Shown: positions 18,407 to 28,349 of the stretch, piece after piece
Numbering within the stretch: position 1 is the first letter of the stretch
How the letters are laid out: each line of letters begins with the position of its first letter
NCBI GenBank assembly: GCA_016699995.1
Contig: CP064996.1
Coordinates: forward strand, 10,357-74,356
Direction of reading: 5' to 3'
DNA from: a bacterium
Lineage (GTDB): Bacteria > Patescibacteriota > Doudnabacteria > UBA920
DNA: 64,000 nt
The notes under the pieces: model-generated
Seen by the model: only the letters and a program-made list of their open reading frames with translations
What the model was told of the DNA's origin: nothing
Databases searched by the model: none
Translations under genes and position numbers: made by a program

Positions 18407-18649
18407 TTAGTTCTGGGTTGTTGCGGGCGCAGTTGGCTTGGCGGGCTCAGGCGGGCGGGTGAGCATGTAGACTGCAATTTGAATAATAACTAAAATTACT
18501 ATAATTGTCCCATAAATATAGTATTTGCGTTTAAGTTTTTTGTTTTGTTTCGCTTGTGCAGAACCATCATTTTTGGGCAAATTAGCCTTGTTTTTCTCAA
18601 AGAACTTGCTAAAGTCTGCTTCTTGGTCCTGTGGATTGTAATTAGGCAT
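18407..18649 (-). CDS. Small hypothetical membrane protein.
   Basis: 80 aa with one TM helix (YIYGTIIVILVIIQIAVYML). It lies between tsaD and the pilin gene. Confidence 0.4.
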   Translation of the reverse strand: MPNYNPQDQEADFSKFFEKNKANLPKNDGSAQAKQNKKLKRKYYIYGTIIVILVIIQIAVYMLTRPPEPAKPTAPATTQN

Positions 18650-18686
18650 TTGGTAACCTTATTGTTGTTACTATTATACCAAATTT

Positions 18687-19775
18687 CTAGTGAATTTCCC
18701 AAGCTGGGTCGGCCTTTACTCTCGCTGGCAAAACGGCTTTACCTTTGTTGTATAAACGAAAGTACGCGGCTAAGGCTATCATTTGGGCGTTGTCGGTGCA
18801 AAGTTCGAAGTCGGGAACTATAAAGTTTATTTTTTCCGCCTGGCAAACGCGGCTAAGACTTTCTCTTAGCGGCCGGTTGGCAGCTACGCCGCCCGATAAA
18901 GCTACCGTTTTGCACTTGTATTGTTTACAGGCTCTCAGCGCCTTGGTTGTGAGCACATCAACCACCGCATTCTGGAATGACATTGCTATGTCTGCCTTGT
19001 CCTGAGTATAAAGGGCAACTTTTCCGTTTTTGGTTTTCTTGTCTATGTAATAGAGTACCGCCGTCTTTAACCCCGAAAAGGAAAAATCGTAGTTTGCCGC
19101 ACTCATCATCGGTCGTGGAAAGTTTAAATCGGTTTTTCCTCTCAAAGCCAATTTAGATATTTCCGGGCCTCCGGGATAGGGAAGCTTGAGCAGCCTGGCA
19201 ATCTTGTCGAAAGCTTCTCCAGCGGCATCATCGACAGTAGAGCCAATTACTTTGTAGTCTTTGTAATTGCGCATAAGGACAAGCATAGTATGACCGCCGG
19301 ATACTATTATAGACAGCACTGGGAATTTAATCTTTTCTGGGTGGAGACTAAAAGCAGAGTACAAATGGCCTTCCATATGGTTCGTGGGAAGAAGCGGTTT
19401 GCCCGTGGCCATAGACAATCCTTTGGCAAACTCTGTTCCTACTATTAAAGACACCACTAATCCAGGGCCAGATGTAACAGCAATATAGTCCATATCTGTT
19501 AATTTCGCTTTGGCATCGACAAGAGTCTTATTTACTACCGGCATAATGCTTGTCATGTGAGCTCGGGCTGCAACCTCCGGTACCACGCCGCCGGTTTTTT
19601 TATGAATAGCGATTTGCGATTTAACAACGGATGATAGAAATCTATAGTCTGGCTTTGCGCTGTGAGGGTTGCCAATTAAAACAGCGCCAGCAGTTTCGTC
19701 GCAGCTGGTTTCTATGGCTAATATTTTTACTTTGCGAGAGCGGCTAGGCAGCTTACTCATTTTGTGCTTTTTCAT
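18687..19775 (-). CDS. tsaD: tRNA N6-adenosine threonylcarbamoyltransferase TsaD.
   Basis: Carries ILAIETSCDETAGAV, HMEGHLYSAF (HxEGH metal site) and ALSGGVAANRPLR. Confidence 0.9.
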   Translation of the reverse strand: MKKHKMSKLPSRSRKVKILAIETSCDETAGAVLIGNPHSAKPDYRFLSSVVKSQIAIHKKTGGVVPEVAARAHMTSIMPVVNKTLVDAKAKLTDMDYIAVTSGPGLVVSLIVGTEFAKGLSMATGKPLLPTNHMEGHLYSAFSLHPEKIKFPVLSIIVSGGHTMLVLMRNYKDYKVIGSTVDDAAGEAFDKIARLLKLPYPGGPEISKLALRGKTDLNFPRPMMSAANYDFSFSGLKTAVLYYIDKKTKNGKVALYTQDKADIAMSFQNAVVDVLTTKALRACKQYKCKTVALSGGVAANRPLRESLSRVCQAEKINFIVPDFELCTDNAQMIALAAYFRLYNKGKAVLPARVKADPAWEIH

Positions 19776-19856
19776 AATTCAAAGTATAGCTAAATTTGGG
19801 GAAAACAAAAACCGCCTGGGATAACGCCAAAAGCGGCTTTGCGTATTTATATAAAA

Positions 19857-20075
19857 TTACATGCTAGATGAGTTGCTGCTGCCTTTCATGCTGCCAAACG
19901 CAACCAAAATAGCGGACAAGCCTACTAATACGTAGATGATTCTTTCTACAGCTTCCATGCTGCCAAAGATGGCATCTACAAGGTTGAAATCGAAAGCGCC
20001 GACTAAGCCCCAGTTAAGGCCGCCAACAACTACCAAAATCATTGCTAAAGTGTTGATAAATTTCAATGCACTCAC
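19857..20075 (-). CDS. DUF378 family small membrane protein.
   Basis: 72 aa. 'NTLAMILVVVGGLNWGLVGAFDFNLVDAIFG' is the DUF378 hallmark. Confidence 0.75.
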   Translation of the reverse strand: MSALKFINTLAMILVVVGGLNWGLVGAFDFNLVDAIFGSMEAVERIIYVLVGLSAILVAFGSMKGSSNSSSM

Positions 20076-20198
20076 CCCCTTTCGGGTATAATTTTCCTGC
20101 TTTGATTATACCATCAATTGGCAGCTTAAAAAAGCGAACTAAGAAAAAAATACAAATAAAAAAGGGGAATGATGAGTTGTGTCGTGTATAATGTATAT

Positions 20199-20558
20199 AT
20201 GAAAAAACTATCAATTCTAGTTGTAGCTTTTGCTCTCTTAGCTGCGGGATGCAACAGTACAGAAACAACTATCACTCAAGACAGCAGCACAAACAATAAT
20301 CAAAGCACAGAACAAACCGCTACTGGTTATACTATGGCTGATGTATCAGCGGCTAATTCTGGGTCAAAGTGTTACTCTGCAATTAATGGATCCGTATACG
20401 ATCTAACAGAATGGATCCCTCTGCATCCGGGCGGTGCGGCAAAGATTCAGGCTTTGTGCGGCAAGGATGGAAGCAGTTTCTTTAACGGGCAGCATGGCGG
20501 TCAGGCGCAGCAGGAATCAGCTTTGGCAAAATATAAGATCGGTACATTACAACAGTAA
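20199..20558 (+). CDS. Lipoprotein with a cytochrome b5-like heme-binding domain.
   Basis: Lipobox MKKLSILVVAFALLAAGC. 'VYDLTEWIPLHPGG' is the b5 HPGG motif. Start 20199 is preferred over 20169, which lies inside an extended -10 (TGTATAAT at 20185-20192). Confidence 0.7.
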   Translation: MKKLSILVVAFALLAAGCNSTETTITQDSSTNNNQSTEQTATGYTMADVSAANSGSKCYSAINGSVYDLTEWIPLHPGGAAKIQALCGKDGSSFFNGQHGGQAQQESALAKYKIGTLQQ

Positions 20559-20566
20559 TTATAAAA

Positions 20567-20590
20567 AGCGTTCTAAAGAGAACGCTTTTT
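20567..20590. terminator. Bidirectional intrinsic terminator.
   Basis: AGCGTTCT / AGAACGCT form an 8-bp stem with loop AAAG, A-rich upstream and T-rich downstream. Confidence 0.7.
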
Positions 20591-20593
20591 AAT

Positions 20594-20857
20594 TTAACAA
20601 CTTGCTAGTGGCCTGGGTTCTTTGGTTATCTCACACCCGCACGACCAGCAGTGAGTGTGATTGTCCTGGAAACCAGCTCCGCAGGCGCAACAGTTTTTAA
20701 TAACCTGTTTCTTTACGCCACAGTTAGGGCAAAAATTGTGGGACCGTTCAAATTTATGCCCGCAAAACCCGCAGTATGTAAGAAGCAGCAGAGGAATCCG
20801 CACTCCAAAGATTACTTTGTTGCCGTCAAAATCTGCAGAATTATTCCGATTTGCCAT
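20594..20857 (-). CDS. Zinc-ribbon domain protein.
   Basis: 87 aa with CxxC pairs (CGFCGHKF..CPNC; CCACGAGF..CWSCGC). Confidence 0.5.
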   Translation of the reverse strand: MANRNNSADFDGNKVIFGVRIPLLLLTYCGFCGHKFERSHNFCPNCGVKKQVIKNCCACGAGFQDNHTHCWSCGCEITKEPRPLASC

Positions 20858-20910
20858 TTGTGTATTCCTCCTTTTAGAATCTATGTTCTGCCGCTCACTT
20901 CAAGCGGTGG

Positions 20911-21276
20911 TTATGAAAGGATCGCAATCACAGCTATCGTCAGTATATGAAAGATTTGGTCTACTATGACGTTTAACCACCAATCATTTTTGATCGACTT
21001 TTCGCTGCTTCGCATTATTTTCCTTCTCCACCAGATAATAAACGCCCGGCGATCCAACACGTAATGTGTCGCGAAGATCCAGACTATCCACCAGTAAGAA
21101 GCTCCGCACCACGCAATCGCCAAGCCCACGCACACCGTGTATTTAACGACATGAATCAGTAGCGCCCAGTTAAAGAAGCTTCCCTTCGGTTTATTGCTCG
21201 CCTCGTATTCGGTCTGGATCAGGTAGTCTCCGACTAAGTGGGCGAGAAAAGCAAAGATAAACAATTCAATATTCAT
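20911..21276 (-). CDS. DUF3307-like membrane protein.
   Basis: 'FLAHLVGDYLIQTEYEA' matches the HxxxDxxxQ signature. AGGAG lies 5 nt upstream of ATG 21276. Confidence 0.6.
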   Translation of the reverse strand: MNIELFIFAFLAHLVGDYLIQTEYEASNKPKGSFFNWALLIHVVKYTVCVGLAIAWCGASYWWIVWIFATHYVLDRRAFIIWWRRKIMRSSEKSIKNDWWLNVIVDQIFHILTIAVIAILS

Positions 21277-21421
21277 ATTTTCTCCTTTATAAGCTCTAGG
21301 TTTTTGACCCCCAGCTATTCTCAAAGATCCACCTCTATGATAATCTAGAACAGGGGTTTTTACATTAAAAAATGACTAGTTTTTCGTCACTTTTTAAAAG
21401 AAATATTGCTTATATTTATCA

Positions 21422-22162
21422 ATGAAATCCGATTTAGTATCTAAAATTGAGTTACTGGGCTTTTCCCAACGGGCTGCGCAGATGTACTTAACTACTTTGA
21501 AGCTTGGAGGTGGCGTAATGCAGGATATCGCCAAACATAGCAAGGTGCCTAGAACCAGCTTATATTACACGCTTGAGGAGCTTCTTAGCGCCGGGGCGTT
21601 GGTTGAGTCCAGGCTGGGCAAGCGCAATTATTACCAGGCTGTGCCACCTCGCCAGTTAATTGCCATTTCTAAAGACCGCTTAAGCGAAGCGGAAGAAAGT
21701 TTGCCTGACTTAGAATTGGAAGCCGGAAGAGGCAAGAGCTCTAGTGTAGAAATTTTACATGGGCCACAGGGTTTTAAGGTTGCCTGGGAAGGTTTGCTGC
21801 AGGCCAAGGATAAAGAATTTCGAATCATAACTTCTGGCGAATCCTTTTTGGATTATGTGCGCGAGAAGTACGTTATAAAAACGATTATCGGCCGCAAAAA
21901 GATGCTAAAGGTAAAAAGCTATCAGCTTATTCCCGATACTGCTTATGCCAGAGAAATAGTGAGTAAGGATAATCAGGAAAACCGTCAATCTAGATTTTTG
22001 CCAGCCAGCGTGCAGCTGCCTTATACAATAGTTTTTTCCAAAGAAAAAGTTTTAATGATTTCATCGCGAAGCGAAAATGTAGTAACGGTTTGGAATAGTC
22101 CTAAATTGTCTATGACGATGCGTTCGATGTTTGAAGAATTATGGAGGAATAGCGAGTCGTAA
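21422..22162 (+). CDS. TrmB-family transcriptional regulator.
   Basis: N-terminal wHTH 'IELLGFSQRAAQMYLTTLKLGGGVMQDIAKHSKVPRTSLYYTLEELLSAGALV'. Confidence 0.55.
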   Translation: MKSDLVSKIELLGFSQRAAQMYLTTLKLGGGVMQDIAKHSKVPRTSLYYTLEELLSAGALVESRLGKRNYYQAVPPRQLIAISKDRLSEAEESLPDLELEAGRGKSSSVEILHGPQGFKVAWEGLLQAKDKEFRIITSGESFLDYVREKYVIKTIIGRKKMLKVKSYQLIPDTAYAREIVSKDNQENRQSRFLPASVQLPYTIVFSKEKVLMISSRSENVVTVWNSPKLSMTMRSMFEELWRNSES

Positions 22163-22214
22163 AAATCTTTCGAGTAAAAAACACCGCGGAACGGCGTATT
22201 TTTATTTTTCGCTT

Positions 22215-22904
22215 TTACAGGCCCAGTACTACTTTCGGGTCCATCCAGGCACTGAGCGCGGCTTTGCCTTGAACGTAACCGCGGATGTCGACGCTTGTAC
22301 CGACATGAATGCTTAAATGAAGATGTTTGCGTTCGTTGCTGGTTTCATTTGAATATCCGGTTCCTAGAACTCCGATTTTTTCACCGGCTGTTAGAGTGTT
22401 GCCTACTTTCGCACTGATGCTAGATAGGCGCATATGCCCATAGACGACAGTTACTGCTTTGCCTTCAATGTTGCATGACTGTAGAGCATAACCTCCGTAT
22501 CCCGTGGCAGTAGTCTTGCGCAGCAATTCGCCGTCGCAAATAGCATTAACATCTACATCGGTATTCGCTTCGGTATCAAAAACTTCAAAGTCCGCTCCTG
22601 TATGATATCCGGTGAATACTTCGGGACTAACCGGCGAGTTTTGCGGCGTAACATAAGTCCCATAAGATTTTTTTGTTATTCTCTGCTCGGCTTGGGAAAT
22701 GGGCATGGCAATTTCTGGTCTTGTCGAACTTTGCGTCGGCTCATTTTCGGGTGAGGGTGAGGTGGTAAATTGGTTTTCTTCTGTTGGGGCAGCTTGGTTA
22801 GTGGCAATGCTCTCTAATGGGTCTGGGCGTGTTTGAGAATACACCAGATAGCCCAGAAGTGCCGCTAAAACCACAGTTAAAATTATGATATTTCCCTTGT
22901 TCAT
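22215..22904 (-). CDS. M23 family metallopeptidase, membrane-anchored.
   Basis: N-terminal TM helix. Carries 'HTGADFEV' (HxxxD) and 'HLHLSIH' (HxH). Confidence 0.75.
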   Translation of the reverse strand: MNKGNIIILTVVLAALLGYLVYSQTRPDPLESIATNQAAPTEENQFTTSPSPENEPTQSSTRPEIAMPISQAEQRITKKSYGTYVTPQNSPVSPEVFTGYHTGADFEVFDTEANTDVDVNAICDGELLRKTTATGYGGYALQSCNIEGKAVTVVYGHMRLSSISAKVGNTLTAGEKIGVLGTGYSNETSNERKHLHLSIHVGTSVDIRGYVQGKAALSAWMDPKVVLGL

Positions 22905-22967
22905 ATTGGTATTATCCCTTTGTTAAATGAATCGCGTTGCTAAATTAAAAGTTACAGAAAACCAGCG

Positions 22968-24428
22968 TTAAGCTGGTTTTTTTGATGTTTTTGCGCGACG
23001 CTTATGGTAAGACGGTTTACTTTGTTTATTTTTCACTCGGTTATCCTGCGGGTCAAATATAGAAGCGGGCACTTTTTGACCGGACAGATGCTGGGAGATC
23101 TTCGAGCCGCCATAGATAGATGGCAGCAGTCCCACTCCATTGCAGCCCAAGTTATAGTAGAGGATAGGATTGCATGGTTCTGGTCCAATTAGCCGCACCC
23201 CATTCGGGGTAAAGCCCATTAGGCCATGCCATAAGAACTTGTAGCTCACCTTGTCCTTTGGCGCGTGTTTGTACGTGTAGCGGAGAAAGTTATCGATCTG
23301 TGTTTTAGCCTCGTCTGGGTAAACGTGTTCTGGATTGTAATTATTAGTATCATCCATTAATGCTTCCGGTCCGCCCACGCAGATTAAATTATGTTTGGTA
23401 TGAGGCTCTTCGTTATACGGCCGTCGGGTGAGATAAAAGTATGGTTCTTCATCAAAAATATCTTTGCCATGAACGGATTTTTTAGGGAGGTAGCTAATTT
23501 CTACAGGCGGTTTGCTCATTTCTTCCGTGTATCCTGCCATATAGCCGACTATTCCGCGAACTAAATGGTGGAATTTTTCATTTACCGAAGGGCCAGCAGT
23601 GTTCACTATATTTATATTTTCGAAGCCGTTCGTGCAGAGAACGATCTGTTTGGCACTGATCTTTTTTCCCTTGCCTACATCTAGTACGCCGTGGTTCTCT
23701 TTTAAAACTAATCGTCGAACTTTGGTATTTTCGGCCAAGGTAAATCTGTCGGGGTATGCAGCGAGCAGGTAGCCAATAAGTTCTTCGCAAAATACAGCGC
23801 TGTTCATGCAGCCTTTTCGTTCGGGGAGGATGGCGATGTAATCTTCGTTCTCGGTTTCGAGCAGATTTAAAATATCCTGCTTGGGAAGAATAGAATAAAG
23901 GTCCTTGTAAATCTCGGGAATATCGGGCAATCCTGGAGCCTCTTCGGAAATCATCATCGGTAAAGAAGATAAGCCTGCTTTAAGTTTGAGTGCATTATTT
24001 TCTAAATGAACCAGAACCTCTTCCATGGTTACGCAAGCAGCGTAGCCGGTAAATTGCCACATCGGCGTTTGTAGGTTGGCTTCCTGGCGAATCTCGTCTA
24101 GTAGAGTCCAGCTGGATTCCATTGCCTGTTGGCCGCTGGCCGCTTGTTTCAATCCAAATTCTGCAACCAAACCCGAAAAACTGCGTTCAAAATAACTAGC
24201 TAAAAAACCGCCGTTGTGTCCAGTGGCGCCGTGGGCAATCTTATCAGCTTCAACTAAAATTATTTGTTTGTCTGTATTTTTTAGTGCGTAGTAAGCAGTT
24301 GCTGTGCCGGCTATGCCTCCGCCGATAATCGCGACATCAGTGTGATGGTCGCTTTCGAGCAGAGCTATTGGCCGTTGCCTGTTTAATTGATGAATCCAAG
24401 GGGAGTGATTAGAAAGCATTTTATTCAT
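22968..24428 (-). CDS. FAD-dependent oxidoreductase.
   Basis: 'DVAIIGGGIAGTATAYY' is a Rossmann GxGxxG. Length 486 aa with a C-terminal Lys/Arg-rich tail. Confidence 0.6.
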   Translation of the reverse strand: MNKMLSNHSPWIHQLNRQRPIALLESDHHTDVAIIGGGIAGTATAYYALKNTDKQIILVEADKIAHGATGHNGGFLASYFERSFSGLVAEFGLKQAASGQQAMESSWTLLDEIRQEANLQTPMWQFTGYAACVTMEEVLVHLENNALKLKAGLSSLPMMISEEAPGLPDIPEIYKDLYSILPKQDILNLLETENEDYIAILPERKGCMNSAVFCEELIGYLLAAYPDRFTLAENTKVRRLVLKENHGVLDVGKGKKISAKQIVLCTNGFENINIVNTAGPSVNEKFHHLVRGIVGYMAGYTEEMSKPPVEISYLPKKSVHGKDIFDEEPYFYLTRRPYNEEPHTKHNLICVGGPEALMDDTNNYNPEHVYPDEAKTQIDNFLRYTYKHAPKDKVSYKFLWHGLMGFTPNGVRLIGPEPCNPILYYNLGCNGVGLLPSIYGGSKISQHLSGQKVPASIFDPQDNRVKNKQSKPSYHKRRAKTSKKPA

Positions 24429-24499
24429 TATATCATTAGCATTGACTCAAACTGATAATTCCTCTATTATATAAGGTAAAAATTTAGGAGGAAATATAA

Positions 24500-25744
24500 A
24501 TGTCTGCACTAACCTTGGCAACAAGCAACGGCCAGTTTGTCGGTTTTGATCCGGCTACAATACCGCAAAGCTATCTCCGACAGCTGCGCATAGAAATCAT
24601 CCAGGAAATAGTTCGTGACGGAGCGAACGAAGCTTCGATTAAGCTTCGTTCAGAAATGACCGAAGCGGAAAACTCAGATCCCGTTCTTCAATTTGTGATG
24701 AAGCTGATCGTAGAATCGTGGCTCATCTCTCATGGCTACAGAATGATCCCGGACGGCTCTGTAAGTTCATCAATCCGACTGCAGATGGAGCAGCAAGCCA
24801 AGCGGCGCAATTCTAGCATGTGGGTTAGGGTCATAGACGCTATTCGTGAGACAGGCGAAAAGACCCGCACCGAACTCATCGAGCAGAACGAAGCCCTGGC
24901 AGCTATAAACGAAGCTTTAAAAACTGAAAACTCCCGCTTAGAGCTCGATAATGCAGCCTCAAGGGCTCAGGCAGCCGGTATAATCAATACAGCATCCGAA
25001 AAATCTACAGATATTATTGCTAATGCTACAGAGAAGGCGGATTCGATCCTTTCTAAAACACGAAAGGAAAGCAGCGCCATTATATCCACTGCCCAGAGTT
25101 CGTCTCAGCAGCTGGTAGCAGGCGCAATGCAAAATCGTCAGATGATTTTGGAAGAAATAACCAGGCTGGAAGATAAATTGCTAAATCTTAAAGCGGAGGT
25201 TGGGCAAAAGCAGAATATTCTCAGCGACCTAGATGCCAACCCAGAGGTTGTTGCTGTCTATCAACGCCTTAATTCGAATGATTCTGGTATCAAAGATGTT
25301 ATTATGAGCCAGATTGAGAAGATTAAGTATGATTTTCAGAATATACCAGATGGGTATTATTCCGCCCCGAGAAATTTGGAGAGCATTAAACTTAAGGTGG
25401 TTTTAGTTTCGCTCTACGGTTTTCAGCAGAACATTTTGATGAAGCTTTGTGAATACGAAACTATCCACGGGGCTGCAAAAAGAGTATTGCTTATGCCTAG
25501 TATCATCACTGGGCTAGCAAAAGCATCGGGCAGTTATGCGACATTGCGGGTAGGCAAGGCGACATTTAGCAAGACTGTATTTAGCCGCAGTCTGCGGTGT
25601 CTGCTAGATGAAAACCAGTCTCCCAACGAACTGCTTTTGAGATTTAATGATCTCAGCGGGTCTGTTTGGGCTGATCCATCCGTTGACCCGAATGATAATA
25701 GGTTTATTACCATTTTTGCCAATTTGGAAAAGCTGACTAAATAA
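24500..25744 (+). CDS. Hypothetical coiled-coil protein.
   Basis: 414 aa. Central heptad-rich region (EALAAINEALKTENSRLELDNAASRAQAAG...). AGGAGG lies 8 nt upstream of the ATG. Confidence 0.5.
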   Translation: MSALTLATSNGQFVGFDPATIPQSYLRQLRIEIIQEIVRDGANEASIKLRSEMTEAENSDPVLQFVMKLIVESWLISHGYRMIPDGSVSSSIRLQMEQQAKRRNSSMWVRVIDAIRETGEKTRTELIEQNEALAAINEALKTENSRLELDNAASRAQAAGIINTASEKSTDIIANATEKADSILSKTRKESSAIISTAQSSSQQLVAGAMQNRQMILEEITRLEDKLLNLKAEVGQKQNILSDLDANPEVVAVYQRLNSNDSGIKDVIMSQIEKIKYDFQNIPDGYYSAPRNLESIKLKVVLVSLYGFQQNILMKLCEYETIHGAAKRVLLMPSIITGLAKASGSYATLRVGKATFSKTVFSRSLRCLLDENQSPNELLLRFNDLSGSVWADPSVDPNDNRFITIFANLEKLTK

Positions 25745-25773
25745 CAAAACCGAGAAAATATTCTCGGTTTTTA

Positions 25774-26316
25774 TTATTGTACAGTGAATTGAACCACGAA
25801 CTTTTCGTCATAGCATTTGCAAGTCTGGCTGTATAATGGCAAAATTTTGTCTTTAGTTTTATCGAAGATGCGGTCGCCATCGTCTTCGTATAGCTGGCCG
25901 AAGTAAGTTCCCTTTTTGAAGGCAGTTGTGTCAACAATGTTTTCGTAGTAGCGGCCTGGATCAATTATGCCTAATACTTCGGACAGGACATTATTAGGTT
26001 CGTCATTTTTGACATCGGAAAGAATGATGAAACCGCTCTTTTCAAAAAATGCTCCCTCTATTTGCAACCCGAATCTAGTCACGTCTGCTGATGTCTGATC
26101 TTTAATATAGAGGGAGTTTCGGTTTTCGGTATCAAAAGCATAGTCGGAGCGGGGGATGGCCGGCGCCTGGGGTTGTTCCGTTGGTTCGGTAAGTGGAATA
26201 GTGTTGCTGTCCTCATATACAGGCTCCGCTTGCGGTTTGGTGGAGTTATATAAGTATACTCCGGAGCCGATTGCCCCCAGGATAATGAGTATAAGAAGGA
26301 CGCTGTATTTGCTCAT
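25774..26316 (-). CDS. Hypothetical membrane-anchored protein.
   Basis: 180 aa with an N-terminal TM helix LLILIILGAIGSGVYLY. Confidence 0.45.
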   Translation of the reverse strand: MSKYSVLLILIILGAIGSGVYLYNSTKPQAEPVYEDSNTIPLTEPTEQPQAPAIPRSDYAFDTENRNSLYIKDQTSADVTRFGLQIEGAFFEKSGFIILSDVKNDEPNNVLSEVLGIIDPGRYYENIVDTTAFKKGTYFGQLYEDDGDRIFDKTKDKILPLYSQTCKCYDEKFVVQFTVQ

Positions 26317-26431
26317 GTCTAAAATAATTAATTACTCTATACATATGGTAACGCTTGCTGGCGGAAAAAGTAACAGTTGACAGAGAGAATTACTTGATAT
26401 ATACTTTACTAGTCAAGTAATTATCAAATAT

Positions 26432-26842
26432 ATGAAGAAGTTGAGCAATAAATTGGAGTTTTTAATGAATTTATCCAAAGCACAGGCAATTATTTCCAGA
26501 AAATTGCACGGACAGGGATTGGGTTTTGGTGATTTGGTGGTGTTAAATGCAATCAGCCAGGCGGACGGTGGAAAAATTCGTCGCGTAGATTTGGCCGAAC
26601 AGGTGGGCCTAACTGCCTCCGCTGTAACCCGTATACTCATACCGTTAGAAAAGATCGGTGTAGTTAAGCGCGAGAGCGGCGAGCATGATGCGCGAGTCGG
26701 GTACACTAGCCTCACTACTGCCGGAAAAGAACTATTCGAAGACACTATAAAGTGGACCAGCTTAAAATGTGAGGATCTGCTGTCGGGTCAGAATGAAAAG
26801 GATCTTGCGCAAATGTCCGAAGTACTGAAGACTATTAGCTAA
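26432..26842 (+). CDS. MarR family transcriptional regulator.
   Basis: Winged-helix 'DLVVLNAISQADGGKIRRVDLAEQVGLTASAVTRILIPLEKIGVVKRE'. Confidence 0.75.
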   Translation: MKKLSNKLEFLMNLSKAQAIISRKLHGQGLGFGDLVVLNAISQADGGKIRRVDLAEQVGLTASAVTRILIPLEKIGVVKRESGEHDARVGYTSLTTAGKELFEDTIKWTSLKCEDLLSGQNEKDLAQMSEVLKTIS

Positions 26843-26862
26843 ATATTAATTTAAGCAATGTT

Positions 26863-27297
26863 ATGAAAATACATGAATTAGGCCATGTTGTGTTGTATGT
26901 TACAGATTTAGAACGGTCAGCCAGTTTTTATAAAGATATATTGGGTTTCCGTCAGATTGCGCGTCGTACTGGGATGGCGATTTTTTCCGGAGGCAGGACT
27001 CACCATGAAATGCTATTAATCGAAGTTGGCGGTGAGGTGCGTGCTAAAGGAGTTGAGCCTGGGCTTTATCATATCGGGTTTAAGATAGGCGATTCGCCTC
27101 AGGATATAAAGGATGCCTACCGGGAATTAGTTGCTAAGGGTGTGCAGATAATCGGGGCTACCGATCACCATGTTACTCACAGTTTGTATATAATGGATCC
27201 AGACGGTAACGAGTTAGAGCTGTACGCCGATGTTAACGACGAATGGAAAACTGATCCTGAAGCTGTATTGGCGCCGCCTAAACCCCTAGCCTTGTAG
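26863..27297 (+). CDS. VOC / glyoxalase-bleomycin resistance family protein.
   Basis: 'LGHVVLYVTDLERSASFYKDILGF' is the VOC beta-alpha-beta-beta-beta start. Confidence 0.75.
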   Translation: MKIHELGHVVLYVTDLERSASFYKDILGFRQIARRTGMAIFSGGRTHHEMLLIEVGGEVRAKGVEPGLYHIGFKIGDSPQDIKDAYRELVAKGVQIIGATDHHVTHSLYIMDPDGNELELYADVNDEWKTDPEAVLAPPKPLAL

Positions 27298-27343
27298 GGG
27301 TTTTTTGGTTATAATTCTAAAATCATTAAGTTATTATCCCAGA

Positions 27344-28348
27344 ATGGAAAAAGAGAATGCAATAGTTATAGAGAACTTAACCAAATCTTATAAAGACGTG
27401 GAGGTTCTTAAAGGAGTTAACTTGGCAGTAGAAAAGGGCACTATGCTGGCTCTGCTTGGCCCGAATGGTGCCGGAAAAACTACTATCGTTAGAATCCTTT
27501 CGACCTTGCTGAGCAAGGATGGCGGCAATGTTAAGGTGAACGGTTACGACGTAGATAAGGACAGCTCCAGGGTACGTGAAAGCATCGGTTTGACCAGCCA
27601 GTATGCTGCACTGGACGAATTTTTGTCTGGCCGCGAAAATTTAATTATGATGGGACGTTTGTTTAAGCTCAGTAAGGAAGACGCCAAGAAGCGTGCCCAG
27701 CAGTTATTGGAGCAATTTGATCTAGTGGACGCAGCAGAACGAGCAGTAAAAACTTATTCTGGCGGTATGAAGCGTCGTTTGGACTTGGCTGTAAGCTTAA
27801 TTCCAACCCCACCGATTATTTATTTGGACGAACCAACTACTGGACTCGACCCGCGCAGCCGTTTGGCGATGTGGGATGTGATAAAAAAGCTGGTAGAAGC
27901 TGATGTAACCATTTTGCTTACCACACAGTATCTTGAGGAAGCCGATCAGTTGGCAGATAAAATTGCCGTAATCGACGGTGGTAAAGTCATTGCCGAAGGA
28001 ACGGCGGATGAGCTCAAGAAAAGTGTTGGGACTGAGCGCTTAGAGCTTGTCTTAAAGACTCCAGAGGATTTTAACAAAACTGCGGATGTGATGAATGGTT
28101 ACAGTTTGCAAAAGAACGAGAAGAATCACAGCGTGAGTGTAGCCGTGAGTGATGGTGTGGGTGAAATTTCCAAAATCTTGCAGCTATTGCAGAGCAATAA
28201 TGTGTCGATCGACTCGTTATCGCTTCATAAGCCGACCCTGGACGATGTATTTATGCAATTAACAGGGCATCATGCCGAAATGCCTGGAGAAGAAAGCGAA
28301 GAAGATACGGGTTCTGCCGGGAGCGCAACACAGAAAGGAGCTAAATAA
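27344..28348 (+). CDS. ABC transporter ATP-binding protein, ABC-2/DrrA-like.
   Basis: Walker A GPNGAGKTT, signature LSGGMKRRLDLA, Walker [13 protein letters not shown]. Confidence 0.9.
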   Translation: MEKENAIVIENLTKSYKDVEVLKGVNLAVEKGTMLALLGPNGAGKTTIVRILSTLLSKDGGNVKVNGYDVDKDSSRVRESIGLTSQYAALDEFLSGRENLIMMGRLFKLSKEDAKKRAQQLLEQFDLVDAAERAVKTYSGGMKRRLDLAVSLIPTPPIIYLDEPTTGLDPRSRLAMWDVIKKLVEADVTILLTTQYLEEADQLADKIAVIDGGKVIAEGTADELKKSVGTERLELVLKTPEDFNKTADVMNGYSLQKNEKNHSVSVAVSDGVGEISKILQLLQSNNVSIDSLSLHKPTLDDVFMQLTGHHAEMPGEESEEDTGSAGSATQKGAK

Positions 28349-28349
28349 C

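Noticed and set aside
26413-26745. 110-aa minus-strand ORF
   Set aside because: It is antisense to the MarR regulator gene, which has a clear winged-helix signature.
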